DNA of 64,000 bases from Eledone cirrhosa (Eukaryota), in assembly GCA_964016885.1 (NCBI GenBank), contig OZ024764.1, forward strand, positions 29,287,983 to 29,351,982, read 5' to 3'. Below the pieces are notes generated by a model. It did not search any database. It was not told the origin of the DNA and worked only from the letters and a program-made list of their open reading frames with translations. The stretch's first letter is position 1, and every line of letters begins with the position of its first letter. The translations under genes and the position numbers were made by a program. This document shows, piece by piece, positions 24,640-37,845 of the stretch.

Positions 24640-26130
24640 GGTTTATATCATTGACACCTTTCTCCTCTATTACCCCTGTGCATCTATATACAAAGTCTTC
24701 CTTTCCCATTAGTCTACCTGTTATCTTACTACATCTCTTGTGTACATCATATAAAGTTTATGACTACCCTTTTTCTACATATTAAGCAGGGCCACTTCTT
24801 TGAAGGAATCAGGGTCCTATGTTCTCTTCTACTTACTAGCACTTTAGTTTTGGCTAAGTTTACTCAGAAACCTTTTCATTCCAAATTCCGTTGCCATAGT
24901 TGGAACGTGTTCTTTAGTTCTTTTATGGATTCAGCTATAAAGAGCCGATCATCCATGTAAAGAAGTTCCCATGGACAACCAGTCTTAAACTCCTCTGTTA
25001 TAGCCTAGGGAACTATGATGAACAGCAGTTGGCTAAGAACTGAACCCTGCTGAACTCCTATCTTCTCCTTGAATTCCTCACTTTACTGACCGCTCCTCTG
25101 TACATAACTTGCACTGCTCTCACAAGCCATTCTTCTACACCTAATTTCCTTAAGGACCACCAGATAATAGATCGAAGTATGCTGTTAAAGGCCTTTTCTA
25201 AATAGACAAAAGCTAAATATAGCAGCTTATTTTTGGCTGGGAACTTCTCATGTGGGTTACTAGTTCAATTCCAACTTATCCCAATGTTTTTAGCATCTTG
25301 GCAACTATCTCTTACTGTCTCGCAACTTCACCATTCTTCATGTGGATTGCTTCTTTGATTCTATAACTTTCAATTTCAATAGCTGGTCCCTCTGTTGGGT
25401 AATTTGGAGGTAGTTTCTCCTCCTCTTATTCATTCTCTACATTCATCTGCCTCACATTATAACATTTCCTTGCGTCTTTTGAGCATTAGTTGTGTTAAGT
25501 GTACCAGTGTCAGTCTTAATACACTTCTCCCCAACATTTCAATTCACATTGTCACACTGCCTTAGAATGCGGAACATTTCATTTGTGTCACAGAATTCCT
25601 GGAGTCTCAGTACTTCTTCATTTCTTGAGCCATAACCATAGCTGCTGTCAACTCCAGTGGAACCATCCTTATACTGTCAAACATGTCCATTGAAGTCACC
25701 TGCCATGATGGTGAAGTTTCTTTCATCAGTAACTGAAATTGTCAGTAAAAGTTCCCCATAAAATCTGTACTTTTGTTCTTTACTCAGTCCTTCCTATGGA
25801 GCATAGGTAGATGTAATTGTCACCATTCTATTTCCTACAGCTATTGTAAGTTTGATAATCCTGTCACTCTATCTCCCTCTATCAACTTATCTATCCATTT
25901 CTCAGTAAATAGAATGCCTACACTACCTCCACATCATCGTTTCCTGCCTGGTAAAGTTTATATCTATGTTGTTTGACTGTGAATGGTCTCACTGAGGCAC
26001 CCCTCCATCTCATCTCTTCGACACAGCATATGTCCACTTCTCTCTAACAGTTCCACAATTTCACCAGATTTACCTTTCCGGGTGCCAACATTGAAGGTGG
26101 CAGTCCTAAGATTTGTATCTTGGCAGTGAT
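24640..26130 (-). mobile_element. Decayed, internally deleted RTE-clade LINE
   Basis: Minus: APE start LRTATFNVGTRKGKSGEIVELLER; RT remnants EKAFN..R.IIWWSLRKLGVEEWLVRAVQ, GVQQGSVLSQLLF, CPWELLYMDD. Confidence 0.8.
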
Positions 26131-26683
26131 TAGTTCCTTGACTAGCAGTTCTTTGTACCTCAAAGGAAAAAATGCATATTGATGAATCTTGCTCTCTTTG
26201 TCTCGTCTTCTCCACTTACAACAGTTTTACTCCATCTGTTTTCTGTTGTCTGTCTTCTCTGATAATGTTTTTTTTTTTTATTATTTCAGATTATCAGATG
26301 ACATTGGAATAAAAGAGTGTTTTCTTGAGATGTATCATCAATATTTATCATCTTTTAAAGAGTAAAAGAAGTTGATATATCAGAGAGATATAATCTTATT
26401 TACATATATCTGTCTGTGGTATATTTCTTTTTACCTGAGAGAAATAGCAACATTTCTCTTTTTCACTGTCTGGAATATTTACAAGAGGATTTTACCTTGA
26501 CATTAAACTGAGATTGCGACATCTTCAGAGATTGACACAGTTGATGGAAATATTACACTAGAAATATTTTCAACATTTGAAATTAAAGACAAGAAAAGTA
26601 TCCATATATTGTTGTGAGAGAGGAAAAATTATGAAAAAACTAATTATCAGATAAACTTATGTCGTTGATATTTTCTAGAAGAG

Positions 26684-27799
26684 ATGCCAAAAGTGATAAA
26701 AAAACTATCTTACTCCTCAGATATCTGTGGTAAATCATTCTCTGTCAGTGGTGGATTAACAAGTCACAAACGTATCCATACAGGAGAGAAGCCATATCAT
26801 TGTGATGTCTGTGGTAAATCATTCTCTGCGAAAGGTAATTTAACTAGACACAAACTTATTCATACAGGAGAGAAACCATATCACTGTGATATCTGTGGTA
26901 AATCATTTTCTCAAAATCATTCTTTAACTACTCACAAACATGTCCATACAGGAGAGAAACCATATCATTGTGATATCTGTGGTAAATCATTCTCTAAAAG
27001 TAATGTCTTAACTAAACACAAATATATTCATACAGGAGAGAAACCATATCACTGTGATATCTGTCGTAAATCATTCTCTGATTGTAATGACTTAACTAAA
27101 CACAAACGTATTCATACAGGAGAGAAGCCATATCACTGTGATATATGTGGTAAATCATTCTCTCAACATAATCATTTAACTACTCACAAACGTATTCATA
27201 CAGGAGAGACACCATATCATTGTAATATTTGTGGTAAATCATTTTCTCAGATAAGTAACTTAACTGCTCACAAACATATTCATACAGGAGAGAAGCCATA
27301 TCACTGTGATATCTGTGCTAAATCATTCTCTGAAAGAGATGACTTAACTAAACACATACGTATTCATACTGGAGAGAAGCCATATCACTGTGATATCTGT
27401 GGTAAATCATTTTCTCAGCTTCCTCATTTAACTATCCACAGACGTATTCATACAGGAGAGAAACCACATCATTGTGATATCTGTGGTACAACATTCTCTC
27501 AGAAAGGGAATTTAACTAAGCACAAGCATACTCATACAGGAGAGAAGCCATATCACTGTGACATCTGTGGTAAATCATTCTCCCTACATCATCATTTAAC
27601 TACTCACAAATATGTGCATACAGGAGAGAAGCCACATCATTGTGATATTTGTGGCAAATCATTCTCTGAGAAATGTAATTTAACTAGACACATACGTACT
27701 CATACAGGAGAGAAGCCACATCATTGTGATATTTGTGGCAAATCATTCTCTGAGAAATGTAATTTAACTAGACACATACGTACTCATACAGGAGTGTAG
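26684..27799 (+). CDS. C2H2 zinc-finger protein, 371 aa, 12 intact plus 1 degenerate finger, no effector domain
   Basis: Open ORF of [13 protein letters not shown]...HTGEKP repeats; upstream acceptor tttatttcag at 26289. Confidence 0.92.
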   Translation: MPKVIKKLSYSSDICGKSFSVSGGLTSHKRIHTGEKPYHCDVCGKSFSAKGNLTRHKLIHTGEKPYHCDICGKSFSQNHSLTTHKHVHTGEKPYHCDICGKSFSKSNVLTKHKYIHTGEKPYHCDICRKSFSDCNDLTKHKRIHTGEKPYHCDICGKSFSQHNHLTTHKRIHTGETPYHCNICGKSFSQISNLTAHKHIHTGEKPYHCDICAKSFSERDDLTKHIRIHTGEKPYHCDICGKSFSQLPHLTIHRRIHTGEKPHHCDICGTTFSQKGNLTKHKHTHTGEKPYHCDICGKSFSLHHHLTTHKYVHTGEKPHHCDICGKSFSEKCNLTRHIRTHTGEKPHHCDICGKSFSEKCNLTRHIRTHTGV

Positions 27800-28251
27800 C
27801 CATATCACTGTGATAAAGCCATGCTAAATAAATAAACTCTGGATATTTTTACAAAAACACCTTGCAACATTTTCAAATATCAACAAAGATGACAGTTGAA
27901 GGAAATACAGCTGAAGAAATATTTTTTAGGAATAAAATATATAAATGAAAACAGGAAAAATATCCATATATTGTGATGAGAGAATAACAATAGAAGAATG
28001 AACTACATGAGAAAAGGAAATGTTTTTACATCAGATGTATCATTAATATTTGTCATCTTTTAAAGACTAATAGAAGATGCTATAGAAAAGAGATATGACC
28101 ATGTTTGAGTATCTATGGTAGAATTAGAGTGACATAGTTTTACTGTCTTGAGATACATAAGATTTCTCTAGTTCACCATCTACAATGTGTACAAGATGAT
28201 TTTACATTCTGATTAAAGTTGGATACATTTACTAACAAGATTCAGAAATAG

Positions 28252-29226
<975 letters not shown>

Positions 29227-29570
29227 GAGGCACATGGCTTAGTGGTTAGAGCATTGGCCTTACAATCGAAAGGTTGTGAGTTCAATTCTCAGACCGGGTG
29301 ATGTGTTGTTTCCTTGAGCAAGACACTTTATTTCACATTGCTCCAGTTTACTCAGCTGTAGAAATGAAATGATAGGGACTGGGGTCCCTATCATTCCACT
29401 GCAAAGTGGTCCTGGAGGTGCCACGGCAAAAAAGCACCCAGCCCACACTATAAAGTGGATGTGTAGGCGCCACGGAAAAAAGCACCCAGCACTCATTGTA
29501 AATGAAGTTGGTGTTAGGAAGGGCATCCAGCTGTAGAAATCAAGCCAGAATCAGTTCCCATCCCACCCTT
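29227..29570 (+). mobile_element. SINE family 2
   Basis: gaggcacatggcttagtggttagagc...gagttcaattctc...tgttaggaagggcatccagctgtagaaatc. Confidence 0.9.
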
Positions 29571-29699
29571 ATTTTGGAACGCGCGCCGCCAACAGACCTA
29601 ATCGTGGAAAAACTGCATGCCTGGACAATATGTAAAGAAAATAAACCGAATACTCTGGTGGCTGGATGATCTTTACGATTTTCCTCGATGAAGCAGGGA

Positions 29700-30120
29700 A
29701 AATGCAGGTTTTCACCTAATTTGGGCTCTAGGGGATCAAGAAAATGAATTTTTTTTTATGCGCATAATATGTCTTGAAATTTCGGGAAAATCTGCTAGAT
29801 GTAATGCCTCAAAAAAGCCCTAAGAAGCTGAAAAAATGAAGTTTTTCACCTAATGCGGGCTCTAGACCATAAAAAAGTTAGATTTTCTTTGCTCACGGTA
29901 TGAAAAAGAGACTGACTAATATATAGTTAAAATTTTAAGGAAATCGGTCAGACATAACGCCTCAAAAAAACCTGGGAAAAAAAAAAAAAAACCCCCTGAA
30001 AAAACGCAGTTTTTCACCTAATGCGGTCCCTAGGGGATCAAAAAGTTGAATTTTATGTTCATAACACTCCCTGAAACATAAGTAATACACATGTAAAGTT
30101 TGAAAAAAATCGGCCCATGT
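29700..30120. mobile_element. Three diverged ~135-165-bp repeats resembling Helentron/HINE internal arrays
   Basis: ttttcacctaat..gggctctag at ~29710, ~29843 and ~30011; aaagtttgaaaaaaatcgg-type motif. Confidence 0.5.
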
Positions 30121-30165
30121 TAGCATTAATTGATGATGATGATAATGTTATATATATATATATAT

Positions 30166-30370
30166 AGGAACGAGTAGGACCCCGACGGCTGAGCTCAAGC
30201 TGTTTCGACAGCTAATTCTGGACACAATTCTGTCCAGAATTAGCTGTCGAAATGGCTTGAGCTCAGCCGTCGGGGTCCTACTCGTTCCTATTACCCACTC
30301 TACTACCCTAAGTATTGAGTACTTTGGTGCGTTATGGTCCACCTGGTTCCTTACCACATTTCTTACGTTA
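30166..30370. mobile_element. Foldback element (hairpin 30166-30290) next to (TA)n, Penelope-like
   Basis: ~55-bp near-perfect arms; 30285-30370 recurs inverted at 2743-2829; related arm sequence at 34699-34735. Confidence 0.7.
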
Positions 30371-30417
30371 TATATATAATTGTTTATATATATATATAAT
30401 ACTGAGTCAAAGTCATC

Positions 30418-30722
30418 AGATCATCATCATCATCATCATTTCATTTTACGTCCGCTTTTCCCTGCTTGCAAGGGTGGGACGGGAACTGATGCTGGCTTGA
30501 TCTCTACAGCTGGATGCTTTTTTGCCGTGGCACCTCCACGACCACTTTGCAGTGGAATGATAGGGACCCCAGTCCCTATAATCTCATTTCCACAGCTGAG
30601 TAAACTGGAGCAATGTGAAATAAAGTGCCTTGCTCAAGGAAACAACACATCACCCGGTCTGGGAATTGAACTCACAACCTTTCGATTGCAAGCCCAATGC
30701 TCTAACCACTAAGCCATGTGCC
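30418..30722 (-). mobile_element. SINE family 2 (internal deletion)
   Basis: Same head and RTE-like tail as 16980-17322. Confidence 0.88.
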
Positions 30723-30894
30723 CGAATATCTTTGATGGTTTTCTCACTCACTCAATGTTTTAATTAAGCTAGTATCCTTAAGATGCCAACCCCAATGAAA
30801 GCACTGCACACTACAGCATTGAATTCCCGGACTAATTAATTAGTTTCCACTATTCCATCTGTTGGCGATGTATGTGTAAATATATATATATGTT

Positions 30895-31110
30895 TGTTAG
30901 CATTTGTCTAAGGAAGGCCTTTGACAGAGTACCTCCTTCTGCCATCTGGTGGTCCTTAAGAAAACTAGGCATAGAAGGATGGGTTGTAAGAGCAGTACAA
31001 GCTATGAACAGAGAAGACATTAGGAAATGAGTTCAGTGAGGAAGTCAAGAGTGCAGCTGGGTGTTCATCAAGGCTCAGTTCTCAGTCCACTTCTTTCCTT
31101 TCATCACAGT
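30895..31110 (+). mobile_element. RTE LINE RT fragment
   Basis: KAFDRVP...IWWSLRKLGIEGWVVRAVQAM and GVHQGSVLSPLLF remnants. Confidence 0.7.
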
Positions 31111-31649
31111 TTGTGGCATTATTGATAAATCTTGCTCTCTTTGTCTCTTCTTCTCCACTTACAACATTTTTACTCCATCTACTTTCTGTTGCCTGTCTTC
31201 TCTTATAATATATATTTTTTTTATTTCAGATTATCAGATGACATTGGATTCAAAGAATGTTTTCTTGAGATGTATCATCAATATTTATCATCTTTTAAAG
31301 GGTAAAAGAAGTTGATATATCATAGAGATATAATCTTAATTACATATATCTGTCTGTGGTATATTTCTTTTCACCTGAGAGAAATAGCAACATTTCTCTT
31401 TTTCACTGTCTGGAATATTTACAAGAGGATTTTACATTGAAATTAAACTTGGATAAATTTACTGAGATTGTGACATCTTCAGAGATTGACACAGTTGATG
31501 GAAATATTACACTAGAAATATTTTACAACATTATAGGAACATTTGAAATTAAAGACAAGAAAAGTATCCATATATTGTTGTGAGAGAGGAAAAATTATAG
31601 AAAAACTAATTATCAGATAAACTTATGTCATTGATATTTTCTAGAAGAG

Positions 31650-32429
31650 ATGCCAAAAGTGATAAAAAAATTATCTTACTCCTGTGATGTTGGTGGTAAA
31701 TCATTCTCTGGGGATAAACGCTTAGAAAAACACCAACATATTCATACAGAAAACAAGCAGTTTCACTGTGATGTATGTGGTAAATCATTCTCTGTTAGTA
31801 ATTACTTAACAAAACATAAACGTATTCATACAGGAGAGAAAGCATACTACTGTGATATCTGTAGTAAAATATTTGTTGATAGTAATGACTTAACTAAACA
31901 CAAACGCATACACACAGGAGAGAAACCATACCACTGTGATATTTGCGGAAAATCATTTTCTCGGCATCATCATTTAACTACTCACAAACGTGTTCATACA
32001 GGAGAGACACCATATTGTTGTGATGTCTGTGATAAATCATTCTCTGAAAAAAGTAATTTAACTAAACACATACGTACTCATAGAGGAGAGAAGCCATACC
32101 ACTGTGATATATGTAGTAAATCATTTTCTCAAAATCATTCTTTGACTTCTCACAAACATGTTCATACTGGAGAGAAACCATATTGTTGTGATATTTGTGG
32201 GAAACCATTCTCTAATAGTAATGTCTTAACTAAACACATACGTATTCATACAGGAGAGAAGCCATACCACTGTGATATCTGCGGTAAATCATTTTCTCAA
32301 AATCATTCTTTAACTACTCACAAATATGTTCATACAGGCGAGAAGCCATATCATTGTGTAATTTGTGGTAAATCTTTTTCTGCGAAATGCCATTTAATTA
32401 GACATGAATGTACTCATACAGGAGAATAG
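31650..32429 (+). CDS. C2H2 zinc-finger protein, 259 aa, 8 intact plus 1 degenerate finger; paralogue of 26684-27799
   Basis: Open ORF with the same [11 protein letters not shown] start and a duplicated ~500-bp upstream region; decayed fingers continue to ~32640. Confidence 0.88.
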   Translation: MPKVIKKLSYSCDVGGKSFSGDKRLEKHQHIHTENKQFHCDVCGKSFSVSNYLTKHKRIHTGEKAYYCDICSKIFVDSNDLTKHKRIHTGEKPYHCDICGKSFSRHHHLTTHKRVHTGETPYCCDVCDKSFSEKSNLTKHIRTHRGEKPYHCDICSKSFSQNHSLTSHKHVHTGEKPYCCDICGKPFSNSNVLTKHIRIHTGEKPYHCDICGKSFSQNHSLTTHKYVHTGEKPYHCVICGKSFSAKCHLIRHECTHTGE

Positions 32430-32992
32430 CCATATCACTGATATATGTGGTAAATCTTTCTCTCACTATTGTGACTTAACTAAACACAAATGTAGATATA
32501 CACAAAAGATACCATCTGCGGTAAATCATTCTCTGCAAGTAATGACTTAAGAAGTCACCAACATATTCACACAAGAGAGACACCATACCACTGTCATGAT
32601 ATTTCTGGTAAATCATTCTCTCTACATCATTTCACAGTTCACAGATTAAACAGATTTTAACAATAACAACACAAATCAATAACTTTAATCTAGATTATTA
32701 TCTAAACTACGATGTATTATTGTGTTGAAATCTAATGGTCATCATTTGCTGTCCCCATGTACGACAGATTGTACACTAAAAAAACATTAGGTATTTACAA
32801 AGTTTCCTATTTTGTGTGACTTCTTTTAGTTCCTATATATTTATATTATCTTGGTGGCCTACTCCTATTTCTTTTACACTGAATAACATCCTCCATATAT
32901 GTTTTTAGAAATACTTTTTTGGGAGGTTTTAACCTGACCAAAGATCTCCAAGACTTTGTTTTTAATGATGTACATTATAGAAAGTAGTTGAG

Positions 32993-33533
32993 ATGGGTAC
33001 TTTTTATCATGACACTAAAACAACCACTTTACATAGTGTACTGGGTGCTTTTTATCATGACACTAAAACAACCACTTTACAGAGTGTACTGGGTGCTTTT
33101 TATCATGACACTAAAACAACCACTTTACATAGTGTACTGGGTGCTTTTTATCATGACACTAAAACAACCACTTTACAGAGTGTACTGGGTGCTTTTTATC
33201 ATGGCACTAAAACAACCACTTTACAGAGTGTACTGGGTGCTTTTTATCATGACACTAAAACAACCACTTTACATAGTGTACTGGGTGCTTTTTATCATGA
33301 CACTAAAACAACCACTTTACAGAGTGTACTGGGTGCTTTTTATCATGACACTAAAACAACCACTTTACATAGTGTACTGGGTGCTTTTTATCATGACACT
33401 AAAACAACCACTTTACAGAGTGTACTGGGTGCTTTTTATCATGGCACTAAAACAACCACTTTACAGAGTATACTGGGTGCTTTTTATCATGGCACTAAAA
33501 CAACCCCTTTACAGTGTACTGGGTGCTTTTTAT
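32993..33533. repeat. 48-bp SINE-derived minisatellite (~11 copies)
   Basis: gggtgctttttatcatgacactaaaacaaccactttacagagtgtact. Confidence 0.93.
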
Positions 33534-35319
33534 CTTGGGATCAAAACACACCTGCCCATCAAAGGACCATAGATATGAGAAGATTTGATAAAATGTTTAT
33601 GCAGTTCTCTATCTCTAGAGCAGTGGTTCCCAAATCGTGTGGGTAGAAAGTTTGAGAAATGCTGCTCAATGTTCTTTGGTTTTTGTTCACCTTTAAATAA
33701 TCATGTATAAAATATCGGGTGTGCAAGATTTCATGAAAAGGTATAACATTATTTATGCTGATCTTGCAGGGACTAGCTCCAATTGAGAGTTGTACCAATT
33801 CCCACTAAACTCGAAACTCCTGGACAATATATCTTTATAAGTTCCTGTGTATTGTGTCGCTGTATAATGAAACATAAATATATACCATGCATGTCAGTCA
33901 GATTTGAACTCACTATATTTGGCGTTTTATAGATATAATTTGTTTGTTAAAAGAATTGATTAAATAATAACTAAATAAAATTAATTCTACAATCCTGGAT
34001 AGGGAATGAACTTATAACTTCATAATAGAAACCATCTATTCGAGCAGTATTGCCATCTAAGCCACCAGGTTACTTACAGAGCTTCATTCAAATATAAAGT
34101 ATAAAATATATGCCAGACATAGTGAGTTCGAATCTGACTGATTAGTTGGTCATTGTCCCACCCAACAGTTTAAATCGCCAACCGGTAGGTGATATCGACT
34201 AGGTTGGGAAAACTTGGTTAAGTAGCTCCAGTTATTGCTACGTTAGACATATTCAAGACTTATCGACACCGAATGGAAGAAAGGTAAAGTTGAACTCAGA
34301 GTAAAGAACTGGAAAAATACTGCAAAGAATTCTATCGGATGTTCTAACAATTCTACCAAATTACCTTATGTATATATATTTATATCTAGAGATAAGAAGA
34401 AAGCTGAAAGAAAGAAAAAAAAAAATGAAACCTTATATGTAACCCATGACCAGGACCTCCACCATCTCTGGTATCACCCACCAGACCACCATGAAAGCTA
34501 CAAAAATCTGCTTTTTTAATATTTATAAGCCTACTTTCAATATTAAAGTAATTAACATGTGGTGTTGTTCATGCCTTTCTCTATGTTATTGGTAAAAAAT
34601 AAAGTATTTAAACCTCAAATTTTGTTATTCAAATATGCTTGCTTATGTAATTATTAATGTCGCAGAATACACACACATATATAGATGTGAAAATATTCAG
34701 GACCCCAACGGCTGTGCTACTGCCGTTTCGACATCTATATATATATCTTTTAGTCCTAGGCTCTTTCAGCGCAGAAAGAATTCTCCAATGATCACAACCA
34801 GCTAATGGTGCCCAGTGGAAGCACTTTAGTCTAATTATAACCCCAGCGATCACGACTAGTGGCGGCTTTTTCGAGTCTGAGGTTGACTGCCACATATATA
34901 TATATATATCTATATATATATATATATATATATTGTTATACTTTGTTAGAATCCCGGAGAACAACAGAAAGATGCTGAGTTCAGAGTTTAAAAAACAACA
35001 GAAAGAAGGGCATAAATAAATATATATCAGTGGTTTAAAACCTTCTCTGCACCATGCCCCACCTCGACATTTAAAATATGTTTATGTCCCCGCTTTAATA
35101 TAAAAACAATCCGAGTCTTGTAAAAGTGTTATTACTGTAATATAAAGTAGAAACCCTTTATTTAAACAAAGCTGTGATGCAGCGATGATCAAAGCAAACC
35201 CCGAAATGTAAACAAACTTCTCGCTGCCAGATACACGATAACATGTGTATACGAAGTGTAACAGGGAGTTGGGTCGTATTATATCACTTTCAAATTGACC
35301 CCTATTCAGGCTGGGCCGC

Positions 35320-35495
35320 ACTGCGCATGTGCCAAGGTTGGACTGTAGCGCGAATGTTAGATCCCACTGCGCATGCGTGAAGGAAATAGCCGCAAATGAT
35401 TGGAAATACCCTACTGCGCATGCGCCAAGTTGGATTAGTGCGCATGCGCGAAGGTTGGACCGCACTGCGCCAAGGCTGGACCGCATTGCGCAAAG
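35320..35495. promoter_or_regulatory. Cluster of TGCGCATG(C/T)G motifs (NRF1-like, or transposon subterminal motifs)
   Basis: ctgcgcatgtgc, ctgcgcatgcgt, ctgcgcatgcgc and gtgcgcatgcgc within ~130 bp. Confidence 0.45.
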
Positions 35496-35504
35496 TTTGG
35501 ACAT

Positions 35505-37845
35505 ACACGGAACTACCCGGAAATATCCGTAAACAGTCGGAAATACCCGGAAAACACCGGAAATACCGGGGAATAGCTGGAAATACCCGATAACACCCGG
35601 AAATACGCGTGAATAGCCGGAAATACACGGAAATAGCCGGAAATGTCCTGGAATAGCCGGAAATACCCGCGAATAGCCGGAAATATTCGGAAATACACGG
35701 AAATGACCGGAAAACACCGGAAATAGCCGAAAAAACCGAAATACCCGGCAATACACAGAAATCACCTGAAATAACCGGATATACCCGGGAATATTCGGAA
35801 ATAGCCGAAAATACCCGGAAATAACCGAAATACACCGGAAATACCCGGAAAACACTTAGGTTAGAAGACACTTACGTTAGAAGACACTTAGGTTGGAAAA
35901 CACTTAGGTTAGAAGACACGTAGATTAGAAGACACTTACGTGAGAAGACACTTAGGTTTGAAGACACGACAAAAGTTCGTTGCAATGAGTTGTGAAACAC
36001 TTGGACCTGAATGAAACCTGGATGTTGAGCATGGCCACCCAGCTTTATTAATGGTTTCTAATTTAAATACAAGGCCAGAAATTTGCGAGAAAAGACAAAT
36101 CGATTATATCAACACCAGTACATCACTGGTATCTATTTTGTGGATACCAGTAGTATGAAATATTAGGTTGACAATGGTCGGGTTTGAGCTCAGAAAAAAA
36201 AGGGTTTTAAACAATGCCACAATTACTCCCATAAATTAATAAAGTGGATTGGCAGTATCGGTAGAGGGTCTGACGCCATACTTTGCAACAAAGAGTTACG
36301 GCCCTTTATGGTCTGAGTTCAAATCCCGCGGAGGTTAACTTTGCCTTTCATCCTTACGGGGTCGAGAAAACACCGGAAATACGCGAAAATAACCGAAATA
36401 CCCCGTAATACACAGAAATCACCGGAAAACATCGGGAATACTCGGAAATACACGGAAATAACGGGAAAGAGACGGAAATACACTGAAATGACCGGGAATA
36501 GCCGGAAATACAAGGAAATACCAGAAAATGACCGGGAATAGCCGGGAATAGCTGGAAATACCCGTGAATAGCTGGAAATAGCCGGGAATAGCCTGAAATA
36601 CCCGGAAATGGCCGGAAATACCGGGGAATAGCTGGAAATACCCGATAACACCCGGAAATACGCGTGAATAGCCGGAAATACACGGAAATAGCCGGAAATG
36701 TCCTGGAATAGCCGGAAATACACGGAAATACCCGCGAATAGCCGGAAATATTCGGAAATACACGGAAATGACCGGAAAACACCGGAAATTCCCGGAAAAC
36801 ACCGAAAATATGCGAAAATAGCCGAAAAAACCGAAATACCCGGCAATACACAGAAATCACCGGAAATAACCGGATATACCCGGGAATATTCGGAAATAGC
36901 CGAAAATACCCGGAAATAACCGAAATACACCGGAAATACCCGGAAAACACTTAGGTTAGAAGACACTTACGTTAGAAGACACTTAGGTTGGAAAACACTT
37001 AGGTTAGAAGACACGTAGGTTAGAAGACACTTAGTTTAGAAGACACTTACGTGAGAAGACACTTAGGTTTGAAGACACTTAGGTTTTAAGACACGACAAA
37101 AGTTCGTTGCAATGAGTTGTGAAACACTTGGACCTGAATGAAACCTGGATGTTGAGCATGGCCACCCAGCTTTATTAATGGTTTCTAATTTAAATACAAG
37201 GCCAGAAATTTGGGAGAAAGACAAGTCGATTTTCTCGAAAAACGACGGAAAATAGACGGGAACTAAACGGATCTAGCCGGAAAATAGACTGAAAATCGAC
37301 GAAAAATAGACGGAAAATCGAAGGAAAATAGACGGAAAATAAACGGAAAATAGACAGGAAATCAACGTGAAATCGACGGAAAATAGACGCAAGTAGTCGG
37401 AAATAGCTGGAAATAGCCGAAGATAGTCGGACATAATCGGTAACAACCGAAAATAGTCGGAGAGCTATTGAGAGTGTGAGAGATAGACGTCTAAATAGAC
37501 GGAAAACCGACGGAAAATCGACAGAAAATCGACGGAAAATAGACGGAAAAATAGACGGAAAAATCTACGTAAAATCGACGGAAATATTGACGGAAAATAG
37601 ACGGAAAGTAGACGGAACTAGCCGGAAAGAGCTGGAAATACGCGGAAATTGCTGGAAATACCCGGAAATAGCCGGAAAATAGACGTCTAAATGGACGGAA
37701 TTGACGGAAAATAGTCAGGAAATCGACGGAAACTAGCCGGAACTTGCCGGAAAATCGACGGAAGAATCGACGGAAAACCGACAGAAAATCGAATAAAAAT
37801 AGACGGAAAATAGACGGAAATGCCCGGGAATAGCCGGAAATACCC
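35505..37845. repeat. Left arm of the GC-rich domain: ~10-bp ccggaaata repeats, 16-bp gacacttaggttagaa repeats, 11-bp gacggaaaata repeats, with an internal ~550-bp direct duplication
   Basis: 35558-36105 recurs at ~36612-37232; truncated SINE family 1 at 36244-36365. Confidence 0.9.

Noticed and set aside
29227-29300. tRNA gene
   Set aside because: A and B boxes belong to the head of a multi-copy SINE and continue into the SINE body
35856-37092. Telomeric repeat (TTAGG words)
   Set aside because: TTAGG is embedded in a 16-bp unit, not a pure TTAGG or TTAGGG array
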